64,000 nucleotides of DNA from positions 1,152,001-1,216,000 of the forward strand of contig CAWBAT010000005.1 of NCBI GenBank assembly GCA_963786955.1, written 5' to 3'. Of the stretch, positions 1 through 10,265 are shown one piece after another. The notes below the pieces were generated by a model that worked only from the letters and a program-made list of their open reading frames with translations, ran no database searches and was not told where the DNA came from. The position numbers and the translations under genes were made by a program. Numbering within the stretch: the first letter of the stretch is position 1; each line of letters starts with the position of its first letter. The DNA is from an uncultured Acidimicrobiia bacterium (GTDB taxonomy: Bacteria > Acidobacteriota > Terriglobia > Versatilivoradales > Versatilivoraceae).

Positions 1-1
1 G

Positions 2-430
<429 letters not shown>

Positions 431-445
431 AAAGAGAGAGGGAGA

Positions 446-1771
446 GTGTTCGAAAAATCCAAACAACTCTATGACAAAGCCCAGCAACTTATTCCCGGTG
501 GTGTGAATTCTCCCGTTCGCGCCTTTAAGGCAGTGGGAGGCCATCCGCTCTTCATTTCTAAAGGTGCCGGATCCAAGATTTTTGATGTTGATGGGAATGA
601 GTTTATTGATTACGTCGGTTCATGGGGGCCCCTCATCCTTGGACATTGTCACCCGGAAGTGATGGAAGCCTTAGCCATTGTGCTAGAGACGGGGACAAGT
701 TATGGGGCCCCTACCGAACGCGAGATTGAATTAGCTGAGTTAATTACCCAGGCCTTTCCTTCCATTGAAAAGGTCAGGCTGACCAACTCCGGGACGGAAA
801 GCACTATGGCCTTGCTCCGGCTGGCACGCGGATATACCGGTCGGTCCATGATCCTGAAGTTTGAAGGTTGTTATCACGGCCACGGCGACAGCCTGCTTGT
901 CAAAGCGGGTTCCGGAGTTGCCACATTGGGACTGCCGGATAGTCCAGGTGTGCCTGCCGAATTAGCTCGGCTGACCCTCACCTGCCCATTTAATGATCTG
1001 AACAGCGTCAAAGAAGCCTTTTCCCTGCATGGCAAAAACATCGCTGCAGTAATTGTTGAGCCTGTTGTCGGCAACATGGGATGTGTCCCCCCTCAACCCG
1101 GTTTTCTGCAAGGACTACGCAGTTTCACCACAGCGAATGGCAGTCTGCTCATTTTTGATGAAGTTATGACGGGATTTCGCGTTGCCTATGGAGGAGCTCA
1201 GGAGTTATATGGTGTCAACCCCGACCTGACCGCCCTGGGGAAGATCATCGGCGGCGGGCTGCCCGTCGGAGCCTACGGGGGGAAGCGCGACATTATGGAT
1301 CAGGTGGCTCCTGTAGGACCCGTCTATCAAGCAGGCACCTTATCGGGCAATCCTCTGGCGGTCACGGCCGGCATTATGACCCTCAAGCTCTTGAGGAGAG
1401 AAGGGACTTACCGGCGGCTAGAAGAACGATCGAGAAAGCTCTCTCAAGGCATGTTGGATGCGGCAGAGAAAGCCGGCATACCGGTCCTAGCCAATCGGGT
1501 GGGGTCGATGTTTACGCTGTTCTTTACCGCTCCCCAGGCCCCTCTATCCTCAGAGCCAGCCCGGCAAGGCGGTGTAAAAGCCGTCAGCAATTGGACAATG
1601 GCCAAGCAATCGGATACTAAGAAATTTGCCCGCTTCTTCTGGGCCATGCTAGAAAATGGCGTTTATCTGGCACCCAGCCAGTTTGAAGCAGGCTTCCTTT
1701 CCACGGCCCACAGCGACGAAGACATTGACAAGACGGTGGAAGCCGCCAGAAAAGCGTTTGGCTTGATCTGA
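446..1771 (+). CDS. hemL: Glutamate-1-semialdehyde 2,1-aminomutase
   Basis: [31 protein letters not shown] lysine in [24 protein letters not shown]. Confidence 0.97.
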   Translation: MFEKSKQLYDKAQQLIPGGVNSPVRAFKAVGGHPLFISKGAGSKIFDVDGNEFIDYVGSWGPLILGHCHPEVMEALAIVLETGTSYGAPTEREIELAELITQAFPSIEKVRLTNSGTESTMALLRLARGYTGRSMILKFEGCYHGHGDSLLVKAGSGVATLGLPDSPGVPAELARLTLTCPFNDLNSVKEAFSLHGKNIAAVIVEPVVGNMGCVPPQPGFLQGLRSFTTANGSLLIFDEVMTGFRVAYGGAQELYGVNPDLTALGKIIGGGLPVGAYGGKRDIMDQVAPVGPVYQAGTLSGNPLAVTAGIMTLKLLRREGTYRRLEERSRKLSQGMLDAAEKAGIPVLANRVGSMFTLFFTAPQAPLSSEPARQGGVKAVSNWTMAKQSDTKKFARFFWAMLENGVYLAPSQFEAGFLSTAHSDEDIDKTVEAARKAFGLI

Positions 1772-1899
1772 CCTTAACCTTCACGCTCCCTTCTTATTTC
1801 CGGAGGGACGAAGGAATAACTTAAGAAGTACCGCCTTAAGCTTCATAACTTCTCCTGCCTTCTCAAGGGAGTAATGCATTATCTCTGTAAAACACCCCT

Positions 1900-3405
1900 G
1901 TGAACAGCATCACGAACACTCCTTCGCATTTTACCTTTCTTGACTATTCAATTGTTGCTGCATACCTAATCGGGATTACCATCGCCGGCGTCAAACTCGC
2001 GGGGCAGCAGCATTCGTTGCGAGATTATTTTCTTGGCGGCAAAACCATGTCATGGTGGGCCGTGGGTTTTTCCATGGTAGCGAGTGAGACCAGTACTCTG
2101 ACATTCGTGAGTGTCCCCGGACTCGCTTACATGGGCAACTTGAACTTTCTGCAATTGGCCTTTGGTTATTTCATTGGCCGATTGTTGGTCGCGGTCTATT
2201 TTATTCCAGTCTATTACCGGAGGGACCTAGAAACGGCGTATGATTTCCTGGGAAAAAGATTTGGGCTTCGCCTGCGACAAGTGATTTCAATTGTGTTCTT
2301 GTTCACGCGGGTTCTCTCCTCTGGGGTGAGGCTTTTTGCAACTGCAATCCCCGTTCATCTTGTCACCGGCATAGGGTATCGAAATTCCATCCTGTTGATT
2401 GGCCTCTTTACAATTGTTTACACCTACCTGGGCGGTTTAAAGGCTGTTGTAACCATGGATGTGGTTCAGTTAGCAATCTATCTCTGTGGGGCAGCGATTT
2501 CCGTCATCATTATCCTGACTCGTCTTCCCCATGGCTGGGCAGACGTCTTGAGCCATGCTTATTCAGGGACATCGAGCAAATTTGACGTGCTAAACCTGGA
2601 ATGGGGAAATTCATTGAACCAGTTTCTGAGCACTCCTTACACCTTAATGGGAGGGCTCATCGGAGGGACGTTTCTTAGCATGGCTTCTCATGGTACCGAC
2701 CAACTCCTTGTCCAACGCCTGTTGGGATGCAAATCTTCTCAAGACAGCCAACGAGCCCTCATTTTGGATGCGCTGCTCATCAATATTCAGTTTGCCTTCT
2801 TCCTGATTTTAGGACTGTGCCTGTTTGCCTTCTATCACGGGCGAGATCTTTCAGCCTTGGGCCTACAGTCTTCTGATGAAATATTTCCGAAATTTATTGT
2901 AGAGAATCTACCTCCGGGAGTTGCAGGGATCGTTGTGGCGGGAGTTCTAGCCTCTGCCATGGGGACACTGTCCTCTGCGATCAGTTCTCTTGCCTCCTCT
3001 TCTTATCTGGATCTTTATAAGCGGGGTTCCGGAGGAAATCGGGTAGAACAAAGCAATGAGATTGCAGGGTCCCGATTCTTTGCGTTATTTTGGGGAGTCG
3101 TTCTGGTCGCAGGGGGGATGCTTTTTAAAGATACCAAGGCGCCTGTCGTGGTGCTGGGCTTGAAGATCGCTTCCTTTACTTATGGCAGTATGCTGGGAGT
3201 CTTTCTGTTAGGAATCTTTTTCAGACAGGTCAATCAGAAAGATGCCATGATTGGTTTCCTCATGGGTATCCTTTGCACAGGAGCGATTCTGAAATATACG
3301 ACCATCGCATTTACGTGGTACGGCTGTATTGGCTGCGTTGTAACGTTGGGAGTGGCAGCTGTTTCGAGAGTTTTATGGAAGCAAGATCGAGGGGCGCTCA
3401 ATTAA
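1900..3405 (+). CDS. Sodium:solute symporter (SSS) family transporter
   Basis: DYFLGGK, SETSTLTFVSVPG, GGLKAV, TDQLLVQRLL, A(S)AMGTLSS motifs; many hydrophobic segments. Confidence 0.9.
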   Translation: MNSITNTPSHFTFLDYSIVAAYLIGITIAGVKLAGQQHSLRDYFLGGKTMSWWAVGFSMVASETSTLTFVSVPGLAYMGNLNFLQLAFGYFIGRLLVAVYFIPVYYRRDLETAYDFLGKRFGLRLRQVISIVFLFTRVLSSGVRLFATAIPVHLVTGIGYRNSILLIGLFTIVYTYLGGLKAVVTMDVVQLAIYLCGAAISVIIILTRLPHGWADVLSHAYSGTSSKFDVLNLEWGNSLNQFLSTPYTLMGGLIGGTFLSMASHGTDQLLVQRLLGCKSSQDSQRALILDALLINIQFAFFLILGLCLFAFYHGRDLSALGLQSSDEIFPKFIVENLPPGVAGIVVAGVLASAMGTLSSAISSLASSSYLDLYKRGSGGNRVEQSNEIAGSRFFALFWGVVLVAGGMLFKDTKAPVVVLGLKIASFTYGSMLGVFLLGIFFRQVNQKDAMIGFLMGILCTGAILKYTTIAFTWYGCIGCVVTLGVAAVSRVLWKQDRGALN

Positions 3406-3898
3406 GGGGAGTCGATGCAGAATCGGCCGGCCCTGTCATCTCGTAACGAAGGACATGGTCCTGCATGATAAAAAAATAGCGTACTCCGCTAGCGGCAACT
3501 CCTGTAGGAACGGAGGGGGTTGCCGTCGCCGTGTATTCATCTGCAGGGGATGTTCCTGGAGAAGACTCGAAAACATAGCCACTCTTGATGCCTGACCCTA
3601 CAAGATTGTCGACGATACTTTCCTGGTTCAGGGATGCCAATGTTGTGTACTGTCCCTGAGTTTGACGATAAACAAGCTGACCGCCCGCGATGAGCTTTAG
3701 GGTTGAAACGGCTGATGCCTCATTCGCTGCTCGGCGCGCTTTCATAAGATTTGGAACGGCGATGGAGGCCAGTAAAGTAATAATGGCCAGTACAAGCAAG
3801 AGTTCTAAGAGAGTAAAGCCTTGCGGCGCAGCTCTATTGAACGGCGCGTTGACCCGTGCTGAAGAATTAGATTGTGACTCCGCATTGTCACTTTTCAT
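3398..3898 (-). CDS. Type IV pilin-like protein (prepilin N-terminal cleavage/methylation domain)
   Basis: Class III signal QG|FTLLELLLVLAII...IAVPNL followed by ANEASA. Confidence 0.88.
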   Translation of the reverse strand: MKSDNAESQSNSSARVNAPFNRAAPQGFTLLELLLVLAIITLLASIAVPNLMKARRAANEASAVSTLKLIAGGQLVYRQTQGQYTTLASLNQESIVDNLVGSGIKSGYVFESSPGTSPADEYTATATPSVPTGVAASGVRYFFIMQDHVLRYEMTGPADSASTPLN

Positions 3899-3969
3899 GC
3901 TGACTCTATGATCGTCATTCCCGGTCTCCGGGTTTATAGGCAGGTTAGAGAATTCAAGTTAGGGAACCG

Positions 3970-4062
3970 ATGAAATCGTTTCGCCACAATACCTGTTCTT
4001 TCAATTGCTTAGTACTGCTATTGGTAATTGCTGTGACGCATCTTACGACAGGCGCCGCGTGA
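3970..4062 (+). CDS. Putative 30-aa leader peptide (uORF), MKSFRHNTCSFNCLVLLLVIAVTHLTTGAA
   Basis: Translated by hand. ATG at 3970 after AGGGAA; codon run TTA GTA CTG CTA TTG GTA ATT; stop TGA overlaps the first base of a strong hairpin. Confidence 0.5.
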   Translation: MKSFRHNTCSFNCLVLLLVIAVTHLTTGAA

Positions 4063-4149
4063 GGCTGGGGGCTTTGAGAAAGCCCCCAGCCTACAAAGTT
4101 GTAGGCATGAAGCATTTTCAATGCTTCATCACCGACCCGGCGTTATCGT
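4045..4149 (+). promoter_or_regulatory. Putative structured RNA or attenuator: three hairpins inside a closing stem
   Basis: Perfect inverted repeats AGGCTGGGGGCTTT-gag-AAAGCCCCCAGCCT (4062-4092), GCCTACAA-ag-TTGTAGGC (4089-4106) and ATGAAGCATT-ttc-AATGCTTCAT (4107-4129); imperfect outer stem 4045-4062 with 4129-4149. Confidence 0.6.
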
Positions 4150-4223
4150 CACTGTATTTATGAAAAGCAGTACTTAGATTAAGATCAGGGGAAGAGGAAC
4201 CCACCCATTTGGAGGCATACGAT

Positions 4224-4532
4224 ATGAAACTCCACTCCGTCGTTCTACTGACTTTGCACACACCAAGGGAAAGGATCTGGGGGCTACTGATGGATTTAAC
4301 CCCTGCGGGCATTACGGTCTGCGGGATTGATCTCAGCGCTTTTGAGGACTGGCTTAGTCAGGTAGGCACAGATGAAGAGATGGGTCTGAGCACGGTCTTT
4401 TACCCTCTTCAACGAGTAGAGCGGGTTGCAATGGACGAACGGATGGGGACCCTCCCCTCCCTGCACGACCGATTTCAACTGAAAACCATGAAACAATTAG
4501 TCGACTACGTGGAAGATTTCGGTTTCAAGTAA
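4224..4532 (+). CDS. Hypothetical protein (102 aa)
   Basis: GGAGG RBS at 4211-4215 before ATG 4224; globular-looking sequence with no family recognised. Confidence 0.75.
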   Translation: MKLHSVVLLTLHTPRERIWGLLMDLTPAGITVCGIDLSAFEDWLSQVGTDEEMGLSTVFYPLQRVERVAMDERMGTLPSLHDRFQLKTMKQLVDYVEDFGFK

Positions 4533-4801
4533 ACCAAGGTGGCCCCCCATCCGCCAGCTTCCGGAGCAGCATCCTTAATCTCCAAAACTCGGGAGTCTTT
4601 GGAAAGATGATGTCGTACCATTCGCCGCAAGCTTCCGGTTCCTCTCCCGTGAATTAGGCGGACGCGATGAAATCCCTTTTCCTGGCACTGAAAAAGGTAT
4701 TCATCGATCAATGGCTTGATTTCCTTCGGAGAGAAAAAATGAAGATCAAGAAAATCTTCAATCGGAATTGGGACAGGTTCGTCTTCTTTTGGACCTGACA
4801 T
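4505..4801 (-). CDS. Stand-alone Smr (small MutS-related) domain protein
   Basis: LDLH, IHGRGTG and GGWGAT motifs. Confidence 0.9.
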   Translation of the reverse strand: MSGPKEDEPVPIPIEDFLDLHFFSPKEIKPLIDEYLFQCQEKGFHRVRLIHGRGTGSLRRMVRHHLSKDSRVLEIKDAAPEAGGWGATLVYLKPKSST

Positions 4802-4870
4802 CGGGTTTGCTGGTTCATTTTGCCTACCACGAACGGAGCAAGGCGTCCCGTAACAGGCAAGATTTTAAAA

Positions 4871-5251
4871 TCATTCCCGGTTGTAGCGATCTTCGAGTCG
4901 GACAATGTCTTCTTCGTTAAACTCTCCGAATGAGATCTCTAGCCAGCGACCCGATTTTTCCCCTACACCGGCCATTCGATGGTTTGTTCCTCGGGGGATG
5001 AAGATTTCCTCATAGGGTTCTGGTTCCCAGTTTCTTTCCCCCAGTGTCACCTTTAAACCCCGATCGAGTGCCACCCAAAGTTCATCACGATGATGATGGT
5101 ATTGCAGAGAAAGGATTTCGCCAGGGTTGACGGTAATGATCTTGACTGTGCTGATTTGGTTGTGTGTGTAACGGCGGAACCCTCCCCATGGCCTACTTTC
5201 TTGATAGATTGAGGAAATGGGATTTTGATTTGAGCGATTCATGCGAAACAT
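4871..5251 (-). CDS. Cupin, type II mannose-6-phosphate isomerase C-terminal-like domain
   Basis: RPWG, VKIITVNPG..LSLQYHHHRDE, EEDIVRLED. Confidence 0.88.
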   Translation of the reverse strand: MFRMNRSNQNPISSIYQESRPWGGFRRYTHNQISTVKIITVNPGEILSLQYHHHRDELWVALDRGLKVTLGERNWEPEPYEEIFIPRGTNHRMAGVGEKSGRWLEISFGEFNEEDIVRLEDRYNRE

Positions 5252-5399
5252 ATCTCCCGTTGGAAAATGAAATGACCGACGTGAACTGAAGAGCGGAAGT
5301 TACAGGGTGATGGTTTTTTACCGCAAAACTTTCTCAACACGCTAACGCCCTTGTCGAATCCATTCAAGGTTTCGAAAATGTCTTCCATGGAAGGATAAC

Positions 5400-7583
5400 T
5401 CACCGACTCGTGTGCATCAATCGCTTGCATGCCTTGATCTCATCCAATAATTGGTAGGCATGCTTGAGCTGCTCCTGGCTCGGTGGTTCCGAACCAAATC
5501 GAAGGGCATTATAAATTGTGGTGATCTCCTCCACCTGACGACCGATTGCGTCCCGGGCAAAAGTAGCTGCAAATTCATTCGGAGTCAAATATTCCGTTTT
5601 TGTTCTGCCTAGACTCCTCAGCAAACGCAGAAGAGCCGTGTAGAGCTGAATTGCGGTTGCCATTTGGCGGCTCTGTCCCACTGCTTTATCTGGTCCTTTT
5701 CGCCTTACAAACCAGACCATGCAACCGAAGAGTGCAACACAAAGCAGGAGCCAGATTACGATCCAAAAAGCGCGAACGAATCGGATGGCCTGCCAGGTGC
5801 TCACGGTCAACCGAAAGAGTTTCTCACCGAACTGCCAAGTCGTCCAATAAAAGGCGTTTTGGCCGAGCCGGACCCAGTTGCCGGCGTTCTCCTCCAGACC
5901 TCTAAAGAGGGAGGTCTGGACCAGACTATCGTATCCCAGAATCCACTCTCCCCAGAAAAGGTCAAGGGCGTCGAGGCAATTATTAAAAGTTTTGAAGAGA
6001 CGGGTCTGTTGAGACCCTTCAATAGCTGCGGGAGTCGGGTCAAATGAACTCCATCCACTATCGGGTATGAAAACCTCAACCCAGCTGTGAGCCATTCGAG
6101 CTCTCACTACCAGATCACCGGCAATCTCGTTATAATCGCCTCCGCGAAAACCGTTCACAATTCGAGAAGGGACTCCAAGGTTTCTGAGCAAAACGACCAT
6201 GGCGGTCGCAAAATACTCACAATGACCTTTTCGAGTTTCGAATAGGAACGATTCCAATGGCTGTGGATTCAAAATCGGGGCCTCGTCCAGAGAATAGCGG
6301 TAGTTGTCGCGCAGGAATTTCTCGGTTTTGTCAGCGAGAGCTCGTTCACCTAGAGCGTTGGATGAAATTCCCTTTGCCAGTGCCGCAACCCGAGAGTTCA
6401 AGCTGGGGAGCTGCAAATAGCAACGGCGGTCCTCATCCGTCAGGACGATCAAGGATGGTGACGCGGTGGCGTCGCGCAAGAGGGATTCCGCTTGGTAAGC
6501 CAGTCGACGAAACGGATGGGGCGGCGCGCTCAGGGAATCATCTGCTGGATCCCAGATCACAGGAGCTGCATCGATCTTTAAACGTTGAATACGGTCGAGA
6601 GCAAAAAGATAGCCGGAGTAACTGGGTTCCATCAATACTTGATAATGGACCCAAGGCCCGTGCCCAGAGCTTTGGGATAAGGCATAGTCTCCATTTCCAC
6701 GAAGAGCGACTGTTCTTCTCTGTGTAGACTTAAACCAACCTTTCCCATCAAAAAAATCCAGTGCAATGCCTCGCCACTTGGCATCCCTTAGTGGTGTCAA
6801 GTTTTCCGAAATACGAATCCGCATAACCACCGAGGAATCGAGCTGGATGGACCCAATCCCGCCTAGACGGATATGATCCGAAAAGCCGCTCAGGCTTTGT
6901 GATAATTGAATTCTCCCGTGGAAGGTTCCGGCACCGTACCTGGGTAAAGAAAAAAAAAGGACCGCCCCGAGGGCGGACCCCAGAACCAAGATGATGACCC
7001 CCAGAGACCAAATGAAAGGAACCGCTTGAACTGCATGTCTGTCAATGAGTTCGCAAGCTTCACCGTCAATCTGGATTTTCTCCTTCTCCCCTCCTTTTTC
7101 AACGGAGTGGGAGGCAGCGGTCCGCGAAGCCCTCTTGAATTCGAAGAGAAGCAAACAACAGATACAAAGGAACGCAAATATAAGGAACAAGAACAAAAAA
7201 GAGAGATCAATCGTGAGGGATGAGGCAGCTAAGACCTCTAGAAAACTGAGCACGATCAAGTAAAAGTAATCTTTGTCTCGCCTTGGTTGGTGCATCTTCA
7301 TCAGTTGTACAAACAGAATTAGATGAAGTGCCGCGATGACAAAAGATCGAGAGAGTAGAAAAGTATCGATCAGGAAGAAAGGAACATATAGCCAAGTCAG
7401 GAGGTTACCCTGACGGACCGTTAACCAGTCACTGCGGCCGAAATGGGGTGTAAAGGCAAGAAGATAAGGAATAACAAAAAGAACAATAACCCACGGGGAA
7501 AATTGCTTTGCCAACGCCAGCATGGCGAAGCCGATGCCAACAAGGAGGTATGTCAGCAGGTGAAAAAGTCGTTCCAGTGACAT
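5400..7583 (-). CDS. Membrane transglutaminase-like protein (TgpA type; DUF3488 + transglutaminase + DUF4129)
   Basis: N-terminal TM segments, catalytic GHCEYFA, AHSWVEV, FDPTP; last gene of a moxR-DUF58 operon. Start uncertain. Confidence 0.9.
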   Translation of the reverse strand: MSLERLFHLLTYLLVGIGFAMLALAKQFSPWVIVLFVIPYLLAFTPHFGRSDWLTVRQGNLLTWLYVPFFLIDTFLLSRSFVIAALHLILFVQLMKMHQPRRDKDYFYLIVLSFLEVLAASSLTIDLSFLFLFLIFAFLCICCLLLFEFKRASRTAASHSVEKGGEKEKIQIDGEACELIDRHAVQAVPFIWSLGVIILVLGSALGAVLFFSLPRYGAGTFHGRIQLSQSLSGFSDHIRLGGIGSIQLDSSVVMRIRISENLTPLRDAKWRGIALDFFDGKGWFKSTQRRTVALRGNGDYALSQSSGHGPWVHYQVLMEPSYSGYLFALDRIQRLKIDAAPVIWDPADDSLSAPPHPFRRLAYQAESLLRDATASPSLIVLTDEDRRCYLQLPSLNSRVAALAKGISSNALGERALADKTEKFLRDNYRYSLDEAPILNPQPLESFLFETRKGHCEYFATAMVVLLRNLGVPSRIVNGFRGGDYNEIAGDLVVRARMAHSWVEVFIPDSGWSSFDPTPAAIEGSQQTRLFKTFNNCLDALDLFWGEWILGYDSLVQTSLFRGLEENAGNWVRLGQNAFYWTTWQFGEKLFRLTVSTWQAIRFVRAFWIVIWLLLCVALFGCMVWFVRRKGPDKAVGQSRQMATAIQLYTALLRLLRSLGRTKTEYLTPNEFAATFARDAIGRQVEEITTIYNALRFGSEPPSQEQLKHAYQLLDEIKACKRLMHTSR

Positions 7584-7588
7584 GAGGG

Positions 7589-8926
7589 TCAACTTCTTTT
7601 CTGAAGCTCGCGGGTGAATACCACGTGGGAGGAAGTCCACACTGCCGTTGGTATTTCTCCCCGATGACTCGCTGAAAATACTATTTTGAAAGCCTTATCC
7701 CCGGCAAGATTCATGATCGTTTGAGATCTTTCAGGGGTTGGCTCAATAAGCGCAAGGATCTTGAGGATTTCCACCAAACCCACCCGCGTGTTCGAAAAAG
7801 CGGTGCTGCTTTCGGTGGTAACCAGGCGAATCTCGCAGGCCATCTCGTGAAAGTGACGGGCAGCATTGGCACACAGCACAATGGCCCTTTCAAATGCAGG
7901 TCGCCAGGATTGTTCGAAGCCGGGGAAGTAATTATCAAATACGAAGCAACACCTCCGGTCGTCTTCCCGCGTGAATTCCCGAAACATCAGGGATTCGGTT
8001 TTAGCACTGGCCTTCCAATCAATAAAGCGGGCCGAATCACGGATGGAATATTCCCGTAGCGAATGGAGGTCCACACCCCCTCCACGGAAAAAGCTTCCAA
8101 GGGCACCACTCAGGAGGGGCAAAGTTTCAAAAAACTCATCCGGCGGTTCCAGCGCCGGTAACACCAACACATCTCGAGGCGGGCCAGCACTCCTGGCCTT
8201 TTCAAAAAATCCGAAGGGGAACCGGCTGCTAACCTTTATATTCCTGAGTGTATGCCGGCCGCGACGGGGGATTCGAAGCGGTAGGTTGTATTTTCTTTCC
8301 GCGGCCCCTGGCAGAAAAGGCAGGTAATGGGGAAGGCTTTCCGAAATTTCTTTGATGCTTTCCCTCTCAATACCCAATCCGTTTTCGGCTAATCTGATGC
8401 TTCCGCCGTTGAGTTGTAATGAAAATGAAGGCAAATTCCATTTCGTGTTCTTCAGGGTGATGCCCACATTGAATTTCTGCTGGGCGGCGACAACCTCGGG
8501 TAGATCAATGGTGGTTTGAAGCCGATAGAGATTCAGCCTAGAAAGTACCTCGGAAACAATCAGAACAGCTAACTCCACTGAGAAAATGACAAATAAGAGA
8601 TTATTGCCAGAATTGAAAGCGGCCACACCGGTAACGAAAAGGATCAGCATGTAAAGCCACGCTTCTCGAGTCGCATTAAAGTGGAATGTCAACCATTCTC
8701 CACGAACGCGATTCAGCAGGTGAGGGACGACGGTCAAAGAAATAGTCAGGGCGAGCAGGAGAGAGAAAATAGCGAGTCCCACAGCACCGACCCAATTCCC
8801 TTCTCGAGATGCCACCGATGAAGCCAGGGCTGAACCGAGTGCGAGGCCCAGGGCAAGCGTCCCGAGCAAATTCATGCATAATTGCCGCCAGCTAAAATTC
8901 CAATGGGTAAAGAGGGGAAGCTTCAT
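7589..8926 (-). CDS. DUF58 (vWA-like) domain protein
   Basis: AAFNSGNNLL, SRFPFGFF, LREY...DSARFIDWKASAK; directly downstream of moxR. Start uncertain. Confidence 0.88.
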   Translation of the reverse strand: MKLPLFTHWNFSWRQLCMNLLGTLALGLALGSALASSVASREGNWVGAVGLAIFSLLLALTISLTVVPHLLNRVRGEWLTFHFNATREAWLYMLILFVTGVAAFNSGNNLLFVIFSVELAVLIVSEVLSRLNLYRLQTTIDLPEVVAAQQKFNVGITLKNTKWNLPSFSLQLNGGSIRLAENGLGIERESIKEISESLPHYLPFLPGAAERKYNLPLRIPRRGRHTLRNIKVSSRFPFGFFEKARSAGPPRDVLVLPALEPPDEFFETLPLLSGALGSFFRGGGVDLHSLREYSIRDSARFIDWKASAKTESLMFREFTREDDRRCCFVFDNYFPGFEQSWRPAFERAIVLCANAARHFHEMACEIRLVTTESSTAFSNTRVGLVEILKILALIEPTPERSQTIMNLAGDKAFKIVFSASHRGEIPTAVWTSSHVVFTRELQKRS

Positions 8927-9012
8927 AGGAGGTGTTGACGTCAATTTTTATGATTGCTGTCAGCCTGACCGCTGACGGTGGTCCGGCTGTTTGACTAAGA
9001 AGTGACGGCGTC

Positions 9013-9963
9013 TCAAATCGGAACGGGCACGGAATCGACAATATCCCGTAAGATCTTCTCCGTTTCCTCGCCCAGTCGCAATGTTGTTGAAAAACGACTA
9101 TTCACCACCACACGATGCCCCAGAACGGCGGGAACCAGCGCCTTCACATCGTCAGGCAGGCAATAGTCGCGCCCTTCCACGAAGGCCCGTGCTTGGGCGG
9201 CCCTCAATAGAGCCAGGGAACCGCGAGGGCTCACGCCAAGACTCAGGAGTTCTGTTTGGCGGGTCTTTTCGATAATCTGGAGGGCGTAATGCAGAATGAC
9301 CTCGTCCACCGGAATCCTTCGAACGAATTGTTGCATTTCGAGCACTTCATCGACGTTGAGAACAGCTTCCACGGATTCAATCGGATGTCGTCCCAACTGG
9401 CTGCGGAAGATAGTCTTCTCCTCATCCAAGGTCGGATAGCCGATTCTAATTCGCATGAGGAATCGGTCTAGCTGCGATTCCGGAAGGGGATAGGTCCCAT
9501 GATGTTCGATAGGATTTTGAGTTGCCAGAACCATGAACGGACGAGGGATTTCCAGAGTCTGACCGTCGGCCGTCACTTGTCCTTCACTCATCGCCTCGAG
9601 CAGAGCACTTTGAGTTTTAGGAGTGGTCCGGTTGATCTCATCTGCTAGAATCACATTTGCGAAGATGGGTCCCGGCTTGAACTCAAAAGTGCGCAGCCCC
9701 TGGTTGAAAATCGAGATTCCAATGATGTCCGAAGGGAGAAGATCGCTGGTAAATTGAATCCGATGAAAACGACATTGGATCACCAAAGCCAAGACATGTC
9801 CCAAGGTTGTTTTCCCCACACCGGGTACATCCTCAATCAGAAGATGTCCACCAGCGAAGAGTGCGGTCAATGCTTGCTTGACAATTTCGCGTTTGCCTTT
9901 GATGACGGTTTCAATCGTGTTCACTAAGGAAACAACTTTCTGCTGCTGATCGACCTTTAGCAT
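9013..9963 (-). CDS. moxR: MoxR family AAA+ ATPase
   Basis: EDVPGVGKT, RIQFTSDLLPSD, ADEINR, ATQNP, YPLPESQLDRF. Confidence 0.95.
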   Translation of the reverse strand: MLKVDQQQKVVSLVNTIETVIKGKREIVKQALTALFAGGHLLIEDVPGVGKTTLGHVLALVIQCRFHRIQFTSDLLPSDIIGISIFNQGLRTFEFKPGPIFANVILADEINRTTPKTQSALLEAMSEGQVTADGQTLEIPRPFMVLATQNPIEHHGTYPLPESQLDRFLMRIRIGYPTLDEEKTIFRSQLGRHPIESVEAVLNVDEVLEMQQFVRRIPVDEVILHYALQIIEKTRQTELLSLGVSPRGSLALLRAAQARAFVEGRDYCLPDDVKALVPAVLGHRVVVNSRFSTTLRLGEETEKILRDIVDSVPVPI

Positions 9964-10069
9964 CCAACCTCGTTTCTAGTCCTATTACGGCCGTTCTAGC
10001 GGGAACTTTGGTCTTGTCTAAATCATCGGGACCATGGTACAAGAGCACCGGTTTGCTGCTGAACCAGAT

Positions 10070-10144
10070 GGGCGCTTAACTCAGCGGTAGAGTGCCACCT
10101 TCACACGGTGGAAGTCAGAGGTTCAAATCCTCTAGCGCCCACCA
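10070..10144 (+). tRNA. tRNA-Val (anticodon CAC)
   Basis: Acceptor stem GGGCGCT/AGCGCCC, anticodon arm CCACC-TTCACAC-GGTGG, T-loop GGTTCAAATCC, encoded CCA end. Confidence 0.96.
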
Positions 10145-10179
10145 TTCTGACCTTTTCTCCTCACTTCCTCGAACAGAAT

Positions 10180-10200
10180 AGCCTGAAAAAGGCTCAGGCT
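10180..10200. terminator. Hairpin between the tRNA and the convergent TPR gene
   Basis: AGCCTGA-aaaaggc-TCAGGCT inverted repeat; no clear U-tract. Confidence 0.3.
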
Positions 10201-10265
10201 GACAGGGCCTGATCGTTCGCCGGATTCTTGCGCAAGGCATACTCCTGTTTTATCGCTCGGAGAGG

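Noticed and set aside
5400-9963. MoxR-DUF58-transglutaminase triad as a new system
   Set aside because: Widespread, already described gene arrangement.
10070-10265. tRNA-Val as integration site of a genomic island
   Set aside because: No integrase nearby and no duplicated tRNA 3' end noticed; flanking genes look native.
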